The position numbers and the translations under genes were made by a program. The notes beneath the pieces are model-generated. The model made no database searches. It saw only the letters and a list, made by a program, of their open reading frames with translations, and was not told the origin of the DNA. From Giardia intestinalis (lineage: Eukaryota), in the NCBI GenBank assembly GCA_000002435.2, contig CM018789.1: a stretch of DNA of 64,000 bases, one strand, 5' to 3'. Shown here in pieces: positions 18,386 to 28,165 of the stretch; the stretch's first letter is position 1, and every line of letters begins with the position of its first letter.

Positions 18386-21023
18386 TTCTTAAAACCTCCC
18401 CGCAGAATTTAGAAAGGTGATGGGCCATATGTAGGACATGTGGCAAAGATATTGCTTGTGGCCAGTTGACGTACCCGTATGCCATCGCATTTGTCAGCTC
18501 AATGAGCTGATTAAATGAGTCGTTGTCTACTGAGGCCTCCATGGAGTCAAATATGATCTTGTAGCGGATTGGCTTGGGAGTTGTTCCGTGAACTATCGCC
18601 TGACTGGCCATAAGAAACTCGGATCCCTGCTGTCTATTGTCCGGGCTACGGTTAATCACATAGTACCCTGACCGTAAAACAGTACCCCCAACAGCGGAAA
18701 AACGCATAGCGCACGTTTTCTGAGCAACTATAACCTTCAGGTCACACATGGGACGGTTGGATTTGTGATATATTTGACGCAAGCACTCATATAACGACTT
18801 GATTTCTACCTCCAAGGTGGCGCTGATTTGGCTGTCTGATACCCCATCCCGGAAGATGACAATGTGGTCTGGTAAGATCCTGTTATTAAATGCAAGATAC
18901 ACATTACAAGAGTTCTTAATGAAGGCCTCCATAAGAGTTTGCTGCTGGAGCTCTCCCCCATGATTCAATCTGTTTGGCACGAGAGTCTTCTTTTGAGAGT
19001 AAATGTACTCAAAGGAGCCATCATACGTAGATATAAATCCTGCGGTTGATATGGGCACCTCTGCCGGCCTTCCTACGGTCTTCTTCGGGCGAGAGATGTC
19101 AAGTGCACACAGCATCGTAGATTTGGAGTATACATTCTGCGGGGGGAGTACGGGAGCCCACACAGCCCCGCCTGCTTTAGCATATATTTGTTGGCAGACG
19201 CTCCTGAGCACTGCTTGGTCATACCACTGCAGCTCATTTTGAGATGACTTTGGGGCCAAAAGGCACTGGGTAACAATCCCCATATGTGTATAGAATTGCT
19301 TGATACCTTTGTACAAGTCTCCACGATCCTGCTTAGGTCCTGGAATAACGATCACAACAAGTTGAATCTTGGCCACTATCTCACTCTCTCTGGCATCTTT
19401 GTACTCTAATCTAAGCTTATTGAGTAGCGCTTTGAAGGCGTCCTTATATGGTTCCACCCTGTACATCTCACGTCGCTGGTTGCTCAGCTCGACTGCTATA
19501 AGTGGCGGGTCTCCGATGTTAGGAGCCGTAGTGCCTGCCAAGGAGCGAACTCGCTCAGTAAGTTCTTTCCTAAGTCTTCGTGCATAATCATTCCCTAAGT
19601 TCCGTGGAACCATTATCGCCCAAACAGGCATGCCCGTCGCAGGCTGATTGTTATTGGAATAGTAAATCGGAGACACTCCGGGTGATTGGAGAAGATTGTG
19701 AAAGACACCCCCACTATCATCTTCAATGGTAACTATACGAGAGGTATTGTCCATCATGAGCTTGGGGGGCTTGCAGACAAATGTCTCCAGTTCCAGAGGA
19801 TTGCTGGTGAAGCCGAATCCATAATCTCCCAAAAGAGACTGCAGCTCTGTGTCTTCCGCAAGTCTCGCAGCAAACGCTGTTGCTTTTTCGAGCAATGCAT
19901 CTGGGCTCATGGTGCTCAAGGCGACAGCTGCCCTATTAGTGCTGAGCTTGGAGACACCGTAGGGGGCAATTTCATTGTCACTTATAATAATACAAAGGGA
20001 TGATGGTACATTACAAGGTCGTACAACCTTTCCGTTTTGAGTCCTCTTAAGTGGGGTGAGTTTAAGGATGAACTTGTCCTGCTGCATTACAGAGTTACAA
20101 TAATCGTTGTGTCTCAGTAAGGAAAGTCCAGCAGAGTCAATCTTATCTCTATACCTAGTTGAGTAGTAGGTAAAATAGTCTGTTTCATTGCCGTTTGCCA
20201 GTGGCGAGACAATGGTCTGCCCCTGAACTATAGAGTGGACTCTGAAAACCTTTCCGTTGTGCATAGCCATCACAGTGATGACTGCCAGTGCACTAGGGTG
20301 GATGTTTCCACGTCTCTCGGTAAGAAGCTCATTCATGGATTTGGAACGAACCTTTGTTGTTTCTGGAAGGATCTGAAGCCCAAGCTTCCCACGCAATGTC
20401 GCCGTGGTGAGCCGGAAGCCGGGGATCCAGCAGATGTCGTATCCTCTTCCATCAATCTGAATTGCGTGTATAGATGGATTCCTCAAATCGTAAAATCCTG
20501 AGCGAATATTGAGCATACCAAGAGAAGATTCAAAGGTACGTCTAAGTAAAATATTTAGTAGAATCTTCATGGACATCAAGTCCGTGGGATCCATTTGGCG
20601 AACCCGAGTAACCTTGACAGTAGCTTGAACGGGAGTAATGGGCGGTCCTGCTATGTTATTTCGCATGCCCCCTACTCGCCCACCTCTCCTCCTCGGTTTC
20701 TGGGTTGACAGAAATTCAACTGTATGTGTTATAGGCCTGGATCCCAGGTCAATCTGGGAGTAAAAGGAAGATATCGGGCAAGCGTCACTACTAGGGAAAT
20801 CTATAATCAGAGAGTAAAAAAGGCCGTGCTCCAAATTATTTCCAAGGGCCGCGTCCTGTTGCTCGCAAAACCTCTCCAAGGCCCTACAAGAATCTGCGTT
20901 GTCCAGGCTATAGCCTTGATTTGATATATGTATTGAGAGATCATACTGATATACAGGTCTAGCAGATGGTAGAACAGTATACGGATAAAAGTTAATTCGT
21001 GAGGTGACAACATCTGCTACCAT
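18321..21023 (-). CDS. AGO: Argonaute/PIWI protein
   Basis: 900 aa. PIWI domain with [13 protein letters not shown] (first catalytic Asp), [12 protein letters not shown] (RDG Asp) and [15 protein letters not shown] (His), so the DDH triad is intact. A PAZ-like region lies upstream. The 900-aa length matches the single Giardia Argonaute. Initiator tataaaaaactttgtaaATG. Confidence 0.85.
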
Positions 21024-21270
21024 TTACAAAGTTTTTTATATTGATGGAGATCCCAGGTTTGACCTACAAGTGCTCCTGCCAAGGCCCATGCCGCTGCACC
21101 GCAAAGGGGAATAGCGTTGTTTACATAGATCCCAAATTCACGCAATCCAAGGCTACACCGCCAGGTTGTGTTGGACCGAATTGCCCCCCAGGAACTAAAC
21201 CTGTCTCCTAACCTATTTGTAAATAGTAACGTGCGACAAAAATCGAGGCTATTGGTTTGCTTATGCTCCA

Positions 21271-23973
21271 TTAAGGCTCCTGCTCCCCAGGGGCAGCCCC
21301 ACTTCGACCATCATGCGTTACACTAAATCCTCCCCCAACCATTCTGGATGCCGGGCCAGACCCGGAATTTGCTGGCCTAAAGCCGTTTATGCCGCCTTCA
21401 GTGGCTGTCCCGTCACGGAGCATTTGCTCGTATTCTTTCTTCTTCAGAGAAAAGTACTTGCGCTTCATGTCTTGCAGATCACGGGTAAGCCTTTCGATGC
21501 TATCTTTGTACTCGCTAGACTGACTCTGGTACATAGCAAGCTCGCTGCTCAGAGTCTGCAGTTGTCGCGTCTTCGTCTTCAACGCATCCTGATATGCAGA
21601 GAGTTTTTCCAAAACCTCGGACCCTGGTTGCCGCGACAGTACCTTTTTCAGGTCATTGTAGAGCTTCTCCTTTTCTTCTAGCTCAAGATTCTTAGTGGAG
21701 CATTCTTCGGACTTCTGGATAAGTCTTCGCTGGAGATACTGGGTCTTCTTGATCAATTCATATGCTGCAGGATCGGATCCTTCCAGCGAGCGCCATCTAT
21801 GGATATTTACGGGAAGCTGCAGTTCTTGAGACAGCGCCCTGGTCTTTGCGCGCTCGTCGAGCAGGTCACGTTGCAAGCGGTAGAGCTCCTTTTTGTAGGG
21901 TTCTATGCTGGCGGCTTGTCGCCGAAGACTCACTATCTGTCGGCGCAAGTCTGTGATCTTGGCCCGAAGGAGACGAATATCCTCTATCCTGTCTGAATAC
22001 TGCTTTTCTCCCTTTGCCAACGTTGCTTGCTGCACTCTGACACGTTCATAGAGGAGGGAAAGCTCATCATTACGTCGTATCAATTGCGTTCCGAGGATGT
22101 CACGCTCCGATACAACAATACGATACTCCTTCATCTGCCTGTCTCTTTCCATATCAGACTCCGTTATTATGCAATTTAGCTTGGCTATCTCAGTCCTCTG
22201 GATTGCTAGAGCCTCCTCTGCTTCTCGAACCTGCTGCCTGGTCCTCTCAAGCTCCTGGACAGTAGAGTCCTTCTCCTTCAACGCGCTCTTGTGGGCAAAG
22301 TGCTCCTTTAGCAGGCTCTCATCTTTTGTTTGTATCTCCGATTTAAGCTGGTCTATGACGTGAGACAGAACACGAAACTTCCTCCTTAGTTCTGAAACCT
22401 CGTCCTGTGCCTCCACAAGGGACTTTGAGTAAAGATTCCTGTCTGAACGAACACTCTCATAGAGAGCCTGTTGCTGTTTTAGCTTCACATCCGCGTCCGA
22501 TACCCTTTTTTGAAGATCTGAGATCGCTAGATCACGGACCCGTATCTCCTGCACGGCCTGAAGATACTTTTGCTGGGCCTCGGTGGACTTTTGGGAGAAC
22601 ATTTCCCTCTCTTTTTCAAGCGAGAAGATGATTTTGCGCTGCTTTTGTGATTCATTTCTAAATGAGAGTATCTCTTGCTCGTAGTTTTTGGCTTGGTTCT
22701 CCATACGCTTTAGTAGATCGTCCTTGTCTGCTATGGAAACTTGGGCAACATGAAGCGATTTCCCAACAAGCTGAGCTTCTCGACTCAGCTGATCGTGCTC
22801 GCGGCCAATTTCGTTATTCTCATGCTTAAGTTGCTTGAGCTCTTGTTCAGCTTGCGTCAGCTGTCCCTTGAGCTGCTCTACCTTCTCTTCTGTATTATGC
22901 TTGGCTATCTCCAGCGAGTCCAGCTTACTCTGCAGAGAAGTGAGAGTTTTTTGGGCTTTTGCAGCCTCTGCTCGAGCCTGTGCTGCCTCTTGTAGATGCT
23001 GTTGGATCTGTGTTTCCTTCTCGGCGTTAGAGCTCTGTAGATTAGTGGATTGTCTGTTTGCTTCAGAAAGATCGGCCTTTAGCTTGTGTATTTTGTCCTG
23101 TAAAGAGCTTATTGTAGCCTTTGTTTTCTGGAGCTCTTCATATTCTTGTCCAGATCGTGTTTCGGCTTTGGTAAGCTCTGTCTTGAGGTGATTCACATCC
23201 TGTTCCTTGTTGGCTATATCTCGCTCGAGGTTCTCACACTTTAGACGGAGGGATGCTAGCTCACGGTCCAAATGCTCCCTACGCTGTAACTCCCGGGCTG
23301 CCTCAGATCTGTGTTGCGCGACCTGCTCTTTCAGCGCACGTACACGTAACTCCGAACTGACCTTTTCAGACTCTAGTTGTTTAATGCGATCTAGATGTTG
23401 ATTAAGCTCTTCCCGGAGAAGAGAAATGCGCTTTCCTCTGTTTTCGTACTCCTGTTGCAGCACTGCCTTCGCTCTCAGAAGGTCTTCAATATTCTGTTCT
23501 TCTGGTACTCCTACGTTAGTTCCTGCTGTCGCTGTATCTATCATCCCTCTAAGGGATTGGACCTCGGCTCTCAATTTATCAATCTGCTCGGTTTGAACTC
23601 CTTCCTTCTCACGTGCCAAATCGACAATCTTCCATGCTTTGTCTATTTCTGCCTTTAGTGAAGAAATGGTTGATTGATCCTCCTTTGAAAGCCGTAACGC
23701 AGTCTTTATCTTCTGATTATTGATGCTCAGATTCTGGGCTAGCTCTCTTACACGCTGTACAAGAAGCTTCTCGTTCTCGTGCGATTTTCGCAATGCTGTG
23801 TGAAGCTTCTCGTATTCTGTCCGAAACAGGTCTAGAGAAGAGTCACCAACCAGTTCGGCCAAAACTTCGTGGAAGTCTCTCTCAATGGCCGCAAATGCAG
23901 CATCATCGATGGCCAGGTCATATGCCGCAAGTGCCTTCTCGTCTATCTGGATAGGATCGGGATTATCTGCCAT
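21271..23973 (-). CDS. long coiled-coil protein, CFAP58 (CCDC147)-like flagellar protein
   Basis: 900 aa, almost entirely heptad-type E/K/R/Q/L-rich sequence. The N-terminal block AIERDFHEVLAELVGDSSLDLFRTEYEKLHTALRKSHENEKLLVQRVRELA...SKEDQSTISSLKAEIDKAWKIV resembles the conserved N-terminus of CFAP58 as I remember it. C-terminal Gly-rich tail. Confidence 0.6.
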   Translation of the reverse strand: MADNPDPIQIDEKALAAYDLAIDDAAFAAIERDFHEVLAELVGDSSLDLFRTEYEKLHTALRKSHENEKLLVQRVRELAQNLSINNQKIKTALRLSKEDQSTISSLKAEIDKAWKIVDLAREKEGVQTEQIDKLRAEVQSLRGMIDTATAGTNVGVPEEQNIEDLLRAKAVLQQEYENRGKRISLLREELNQHLDRIKQLESEKVSSELRVRALKEQVAQHRSEAARELQRREHLDRELASLRLKCENLERDIANKEQDVNHLKTELTKAETRSGQEYEELQKTKATISSLQDKIHKLKADLSEANRQSTNLQSSNAEKETQIQQHLQEAAQARAEAAKAQKTLTSLQSKLDSLEIAKHNTEEKVEQLKGQLTQAEQELKQLKHENNEIGREHDQLSREAQLVGKSLHVAQVSIADKDDLLKRMENQAKNYEQEILSFRNESQKQRKIIFSLEKEREMFSQKSTEAQQKYLQAVQEIRVRDLAISDLQKRVSDADVKLKQQQALYESVRSDRNLYSKSLVEAQDEVSELRRKFRVLSHVIDQLKSEIQTKDESLLKEHFAHKSALKEKDSTVQELERTRQQVREAEEALAIQRTEIAKLNCIITESDMERDRQMKEYRIVVSERDILGTQLIRRNDELSLLYERVRVQQATLAKGEKQYSDRIEDIRLLRAKITDLRRQIVSLRRQAASIEPYKKELYRLQRDLLDERAKTRALSQELQLPVNIHRWRSLEGSDPAAYELIKKTQYLQRRLIQKSEECSTKNLELEEKEKLYNDLKKVLSRQPGSEVLEKLSAYQDALKTKTRQLQTLSSELAMYQSQSSEYKDSIERLTRDLQDMKRKYFSLKKKEYEQMLRDGTATEGGINGFRPANSGSGPASRMVGGGFSVTHDGRSGAAPGEQEP

Positions 23974-24145
23974 GAGTCTTTTTCCAGATTTTGCAAAATT
24001 AAATGTCTTAATTAATTTACAAATTTAATTATGGAAAAACTCAAGCAAAAACACTACAGTTATTCAATTAGAAATAGATTTAATAGAAGATTGGCACTGG
24101 CAGAACATTTATTGTGAGGCTACAGACGAAGATGAGAATGGAAGA

Positions 24146-25303
24146 CTAGGCTCCTTCCAGCTCAGGAAGATCAGAGGGGATACTACCTTCAATATCACTG
24201 TCGGACACATCCTGAGTGTGGACAATAGGTTCGAGTTTTCGTGCATCCTTGTCTGGAGCAATGACCACGGGGGTCTGGCTAGTAAGCTCCTTGGAGGATG
24301 AAACCCAGATACCTTCCTGGAGTGCGCTGGGGTTTACGACACGTACATAGATCTTTAAGGCTCCAGTAGACGTAATACGACGGCACACAACGCTGTCTGC
24401 AAAGATCTCATAAGGCCAGGCTATCTGCATTTGCTTTTTACTCTCCTTACTGACGAGTAGGATAGAGAAGGGATCTACGTCGATTTCGAGTAAATCTGTC
24501 TGCATGTGGATAGGAACCATTATTTTGCAGCAGATTTCTCTCCTACTAGCATCTTCTTCGAATTGGAATGCGAAGCCTAGCTCGTTATACTGCCTGATTG
24601 AACCGGTATTGGGATCTACTGTGCGTGGAGGGCGGCGTCTTTCCTCCGGCAGGATATTTTTATTCTTATACTCAGCCGAAGCCGTCTCTTCTGCAGCACG
24701 TTTAACCTTTATGTTAGCATCTCTATCTTCATAGTCACTGTTATCACTGTCTTCGTCCCAGCGAGGTATATCACACTCCCGAAAGGATGTTGCAGTTATC
24801 TCCGCTAAATGTTCATTGTAGATACTGTTAGCCAGGATGCGGTCTGTGCGGGTTATCTCATGACCATCAAGCTTCTCTAGATGTGGAAGTACAGTAATCA
24901 AATACTCACGCCAATACGGATAAGTAGTGAGAGGATTCCCCACCACGTAGAGTTCTGTAAGCCGTGAGAGATGGCCCAGCATTGCAAAATCTAAGTAATT
25001 ATGGATATAGTTTGCTGTTAGATCCAGTTTCTCTAAGGATTCCAGGGAAGCAAGATTTTCTAATTTAGTGACTCTATTTATTGCTAGATTGAGATACTTT
25101 AGCTTCTTTAGCGTGCTTAAGTTCTCTATGCGCCGGATTTTGTTGTTCTGCAGAAGGAGAATCTGCAAATTTCTACAAACATCCCCAATGAGTTCAATCT
25201 TTCTGATCATGTACTGATGCAGCGCTATCTCTTCCAGGGTATCCAAGATACTATTGTTGTGCTCTGAGCGCTTCCTGAGAAGATCCAGGGTTATCTTGAC
25301 CAT
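24146..25303 (-). CDS. LRRC6 / tilB / seahorse-type leucine-rich repeat protein with CS domain (axonemal dynein assembly factor)
   Basis: 385 aa. The N-terminus MVKITLDLLRKRSEHNNSILDTLEEIALHQYMIRKIELIGDVCRNLQILLLQNNKIRRIENLSTLKKLKYLNLAINRVTKLENL matches the tilB/LRRC6 LRR plus LRRcap region. A p23/CS-like domain lies at the C-terminus. Initiator atctaaaaaggcATG. Confidence 0.8.
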   Translation of the reverse strand: MVKITLDLLRKRSEHNNSILDTLEEIALHQYMIRKIELIGDVCRNLQILLLQNNKIRRIENLSTLKKLKYLNLAINRVTKLENLASLESLEKLDLTANYIHNYLDFAMLGHLSRLTELYVVGNPLTTYPYWREYLITVLPHLEKLDGHEITRTDRILANSIYNEHLAEITATSFRECDIPRWDEDSDNSDYEDRDANIKVKRAAEETASAEYKNKNILPEERRRPPRTVDPNTGSIRQYNELGFAFQFEEDASRREICCKIMVPIHMQTDLLEIDVDPFSILLVSKESKKQMQIAWPYEIFADSVVCRRITSTGALKIYVRVVNPSALQEGIWVSSSKELTSQTPVVIAPDKDARKLEPIVHTQDVSDSDIEGSIPSDLPELEGA

Positions 25304-25529
25304 GCCTTTTTAGATTTCAGAAGAATCAAAGAGATTTACTCTTCCTATGAAAGCATCAATTTCTCTTGTAGTATTGCACTATCCGTGCATACTATATGTT
25401 GTGCATAGGTCTTCACACTCCTTTACTGCATGAGTCATAGCGAAGATCAATCCATGAGCAAGCGAACGGCCAGTATAACCTGGATGTCAACTATTAAGGA
25501 AGCGCTCTGAATGAATAATTGCCCTTCAT

Positions 25530-27190
25530 GTGAGCCATTGCCGCTCTGAGTAGGCCTCCCGCTCACCGCCCGGGATCCAAATCCAGAGTCCGAAGCTCGG
25601 ATGCCCTCGATCCCGGCGGAAGAACATCTATGCCTCGTCTCTCCTAGAAGCTGCCGCTCCTCGCGGTGCCCCCTAGGACTTTCCTTCCTCTGGCCCGTCG
25701 GGGTCAACTACCGTCTGGCACTGGTGGGCACCTACTATCTCAGGGCCTTGCGTCAGTCGCGGCGATCTAGTCTCAAGAGCAATTGACTCTGGCAATGTAC
25801 TCCAGGATTGCTTCGTGGTGCTGATGCTCTACGACGAAGATCCCACGCCACGACCCCGGGTGTCTACCCCGTTCCTCGGGGTGCTTCTTCGTCTCCTCAT
25901 GGATTGCACCATCAGTCCCGAGTATGACCGGAGGGTGCGCTCCTCGTGCGCCTCTGTCTTGGAGTCATAGTACGCGTTCGTGGATGCCGGCGGAGTACTC
26001 CCATGCGTTGGCGTTGGAGGAGAGGTCTGGCTTCTGGTTTGCCCTCCTATTCATGAATCACAGTGCACTCTTGCAGCTGGTCCGTCACCCAGCACGAGAT
26101 CACATCGACGCTCACCCTGTGCAGCGTGTCTGGCTTAGCTGACCTGTGGGCTGGTCCATCTGCACAGCACACTTGGGGTGATGCTTCGGTCTGTCGAGGC
26201 GTCGTCCAAAGCACCAGGAGCGATCAGGACCGGTTCACCGTCAGGCCGTCTCTCTCTACAACCGGCACCCGTCTACTCGATGGTGTCAAGGGATTACCAA
26301 CTGCTGCGGCAGACGCCAGACAGGTGTTCCAGGCCGCCACTCTTCGGTGCAGGCAGGATCAGTCCGCCTCCGTCAGCCAAGCACCCCAGGGGCTCCATCT
26401 CTTGCCGAGGGATTCACATAGGCCACGTGCGGGTCCATCTCGACCAGCGTGGCGAGTGATTAGTGCCATCACTGGCTTCGGCCCTCCGTTGCCCTGGGAG
26501 CTCCTTCGACCGGCCAGGAAGGAGGCCTCCTGCCCCTCTGTGTTCCTATACTTGTCAGTGTTGACCGTCGAGCCATGTTGCTTCACCAGGCCTGCCGCCT
26601 CTGTGACTACCCCCGCCACGTCATTGTTGCTACTATGGAAGATGAGTGTGTCGTCGGCATGGGCACTGAGCGGGGTCTCTCCTCAGCTCCTGGCGAGCAG
26701 GTTCTGTCCCGCGCAGCACAGAAGCATGCGCAGGGCCCCGAGGGACCGAGTCCAGGGGTGCAGCGTGGCGCAATTGGAGGAAGGCCTCGACGCAGCTCCT
26801 CAGGACGGGAGCACACTCGCCCGGCAGAGGCCGTCTGCTGTTGGGGTTCGTTATGTCGAGCAAGACCGCTGTGCCCATCAGCCTGTGTCTCCCTGTGCCA
26901 TGCGAACGCCACCATGTGCAGTCGGTGGAACGCAGTCTGCTCGGTCTCGAGGAAGACCAATGTCTGGGTCTCCAGGAGGCTCGGGACTGCCTTGTGGAGC
27001 GCATCATGATCGTCCACCGATTGCACTTGCCCTGTCTCGTCCTTGGGAAGAGGGAAGAACAAGAGTTCTTCTTCTCCCGGCGGAGTCGCTTGGCACTTGA
27101 ATTCGAACTCTGAATCTGGATCTTGGTTGATGCAGGGGCGAGAGGTTGCCAGCCTAAGACGGCGATGGCTCGCATGGGAGACCTGTTCAG
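25530..27190. other. GC-rich, ORF-poor island of unknown nature inside a roughly 2.1-kb divergent intergenic gap (ncRNA, decayed gene or foreign insert)
   Basis: Roughly 1.7 kb that is visibly more GC-rich than the flanks, about 60% by eye. All six frames carry only short overlapping ORFs whose translations are Pro/Arg/Ser/Ala-rich low-complexity junk. Followed by a 200-bp AT-rich stretch before DPM1. Sits between the starts of two divergent genes, which are normally under 250 bp apart. Confidence 0.5.
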
Positions 27191-27403
27191 ACAGCAGTTG
27201 ACAAACCAACTTCGGTGAAATAGAGTAAGTGGTGCATCTGTTCACTTACTTCTAGTTCAGCACCTATTAGGAATCGTACTAAAAAGCGTGAGAAGTAGTG
27301 CAGAAGTTTTAGTACATAAGAGTAGATATCACAAGACCAAAAAGTGTTAACTTGTAGCAGTTTTCCTACAGTAGCTGTATAGTTATCAGTACAAAACAAG
27401 CAT

Positions 27404-28165
27404 ATGCTTTACATCATTTTGGCCACCTATCATGAAGAAAGTAACATTGGGGCAGTTGTTTTTCACTTGGTTCGTATACTTGAAGAGCCCTTCTTCCTTA
27501 TTATTGATGATTCCGAAGATAACAGTACTCGTGTGGCTGTTCTTCAGGCTTTCACAGCGCTACGGTTCAGTAACTATAAGTACATTCACCGCGGCCAGAA
27601 GCGTGGCTTGGGGACAGCCTATCGTTGCGCTATGAAAGAACTTACTGCCCTAGCAAGCAATAATGTCAACGAGGCGGATGACATGGTAGCCATTTTAGAT
27701 TCCGATCTTTCTCATGATCCTTGTGATATTGCGAAGCTTGCTACATGTATGCGTGAAACTGGAGCCGATATTGTTGCCGGTTCGAGATATCGGACCGGTG
27801 GATCAGTCTCGGGTTGGCCTCGTCGACGAATAGCAATTAGCTCTACGGCGAATTTCCTAGCACAGACTGTTCTAGGAATCCGGGTGACTGACTGCACCAG
27901 CAGCATGAGAGTCTATAAGCTTTCTACGATTATGTCCATCATTGACCAAACAAGATCTACGGGATTCTCAATTCAGCTAGAACTCATTTCGTTAGCGAGT
28001 ATGTATGGCTATAAACTGCTTGAAGTCCCGATATGCTTCTCCGAGCGCGTCAATGGAAGTAGCTCGTTATCATGTAAGGAAATTTACAAATTTCTGATGC
28101 TCATTGCCCATCTGTGGTGGAAGCAGCGTACCAGCGAGGCACGCAGAACGCTTTGTGGTCAGTAG
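27404..28165 (+). CDS. DPM1: dolichol-phosphate mannosyltransferase (DPM1, GT2 family)
   Basis: 253 aa. Motifs ILATYHEESNI (TYNEREN-like), RGQKRGLGTAY, DSDLSHDP, DIVAGSRY..GG.V.GW, TSSMRVYK and EVPICFSERVNGSS match DPM1. Confidence 0.8.
   Translation: MLYIILATYHEESNIGAVVFHLVRILEEPFFLIIDDSEDNSTRVAVLQAFTALRFSNYKYIHRGQKRGLGTAYRCAMKELTALASNNVNEADDMVAILDSDLSHDPCDIAKLATCMRETGADIVAGSRYRTGGSVSGWPRRRIAISSTANFLAQTVLGIRVTDCTSSMRVYKLSTIMSIIDQTRSTGFSIQLELISLASMYGYKLLEVPICFSERVNGSSSLSCKEIYKFLMLIAHLWWKQRTSEARRTLCGQ

Noticed and set aside
21017-21271. 84-codon minus-strand ORF exactly filling the gap between Argonaute and the coiled-coil gene
   Set aside because: Its start overlaps the upstream gene's stop. 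The translation has no features. The space is better explained as the Argonaute promoter or initiator region (tataaaaaactttgtaaATG).
23974-24145. AT-rich 172-bp gap with a near-palindromic taattaatttacaaatttaatta
   Set aside because: The two arms are not true reverse complements. It more likely combines the poly(A) and initiator regions of the flanking same-strand genes than a discrete element.
26063-27100. 345-codon plus-strand ORF and several other 60-210 codon ORFs inside the GC-rich island
   Set aside because: The translations are Pro/Arg/Ser/Ala-rich low-complexity strings, and all six frames are open in overlapping fashion. This is the expected behaviour of GC-rich non-coding DNA, where stop codons are rare. 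No motif was seen, so I treat the island as non-coding or decayed rather than as a gene.
25440-27240. Possibility that the GC-rich island is an rDNA fragment or telomeric sequence
   Set aside because: Giardia rDNA is far more GC-extreme. I could not find universally conserved SSU or LSU core motifs (for example GTACACACCGCCCGTC or the sarcin-ricin AGTACGAGAGGACC). There are no TAGGG telomere repeats.
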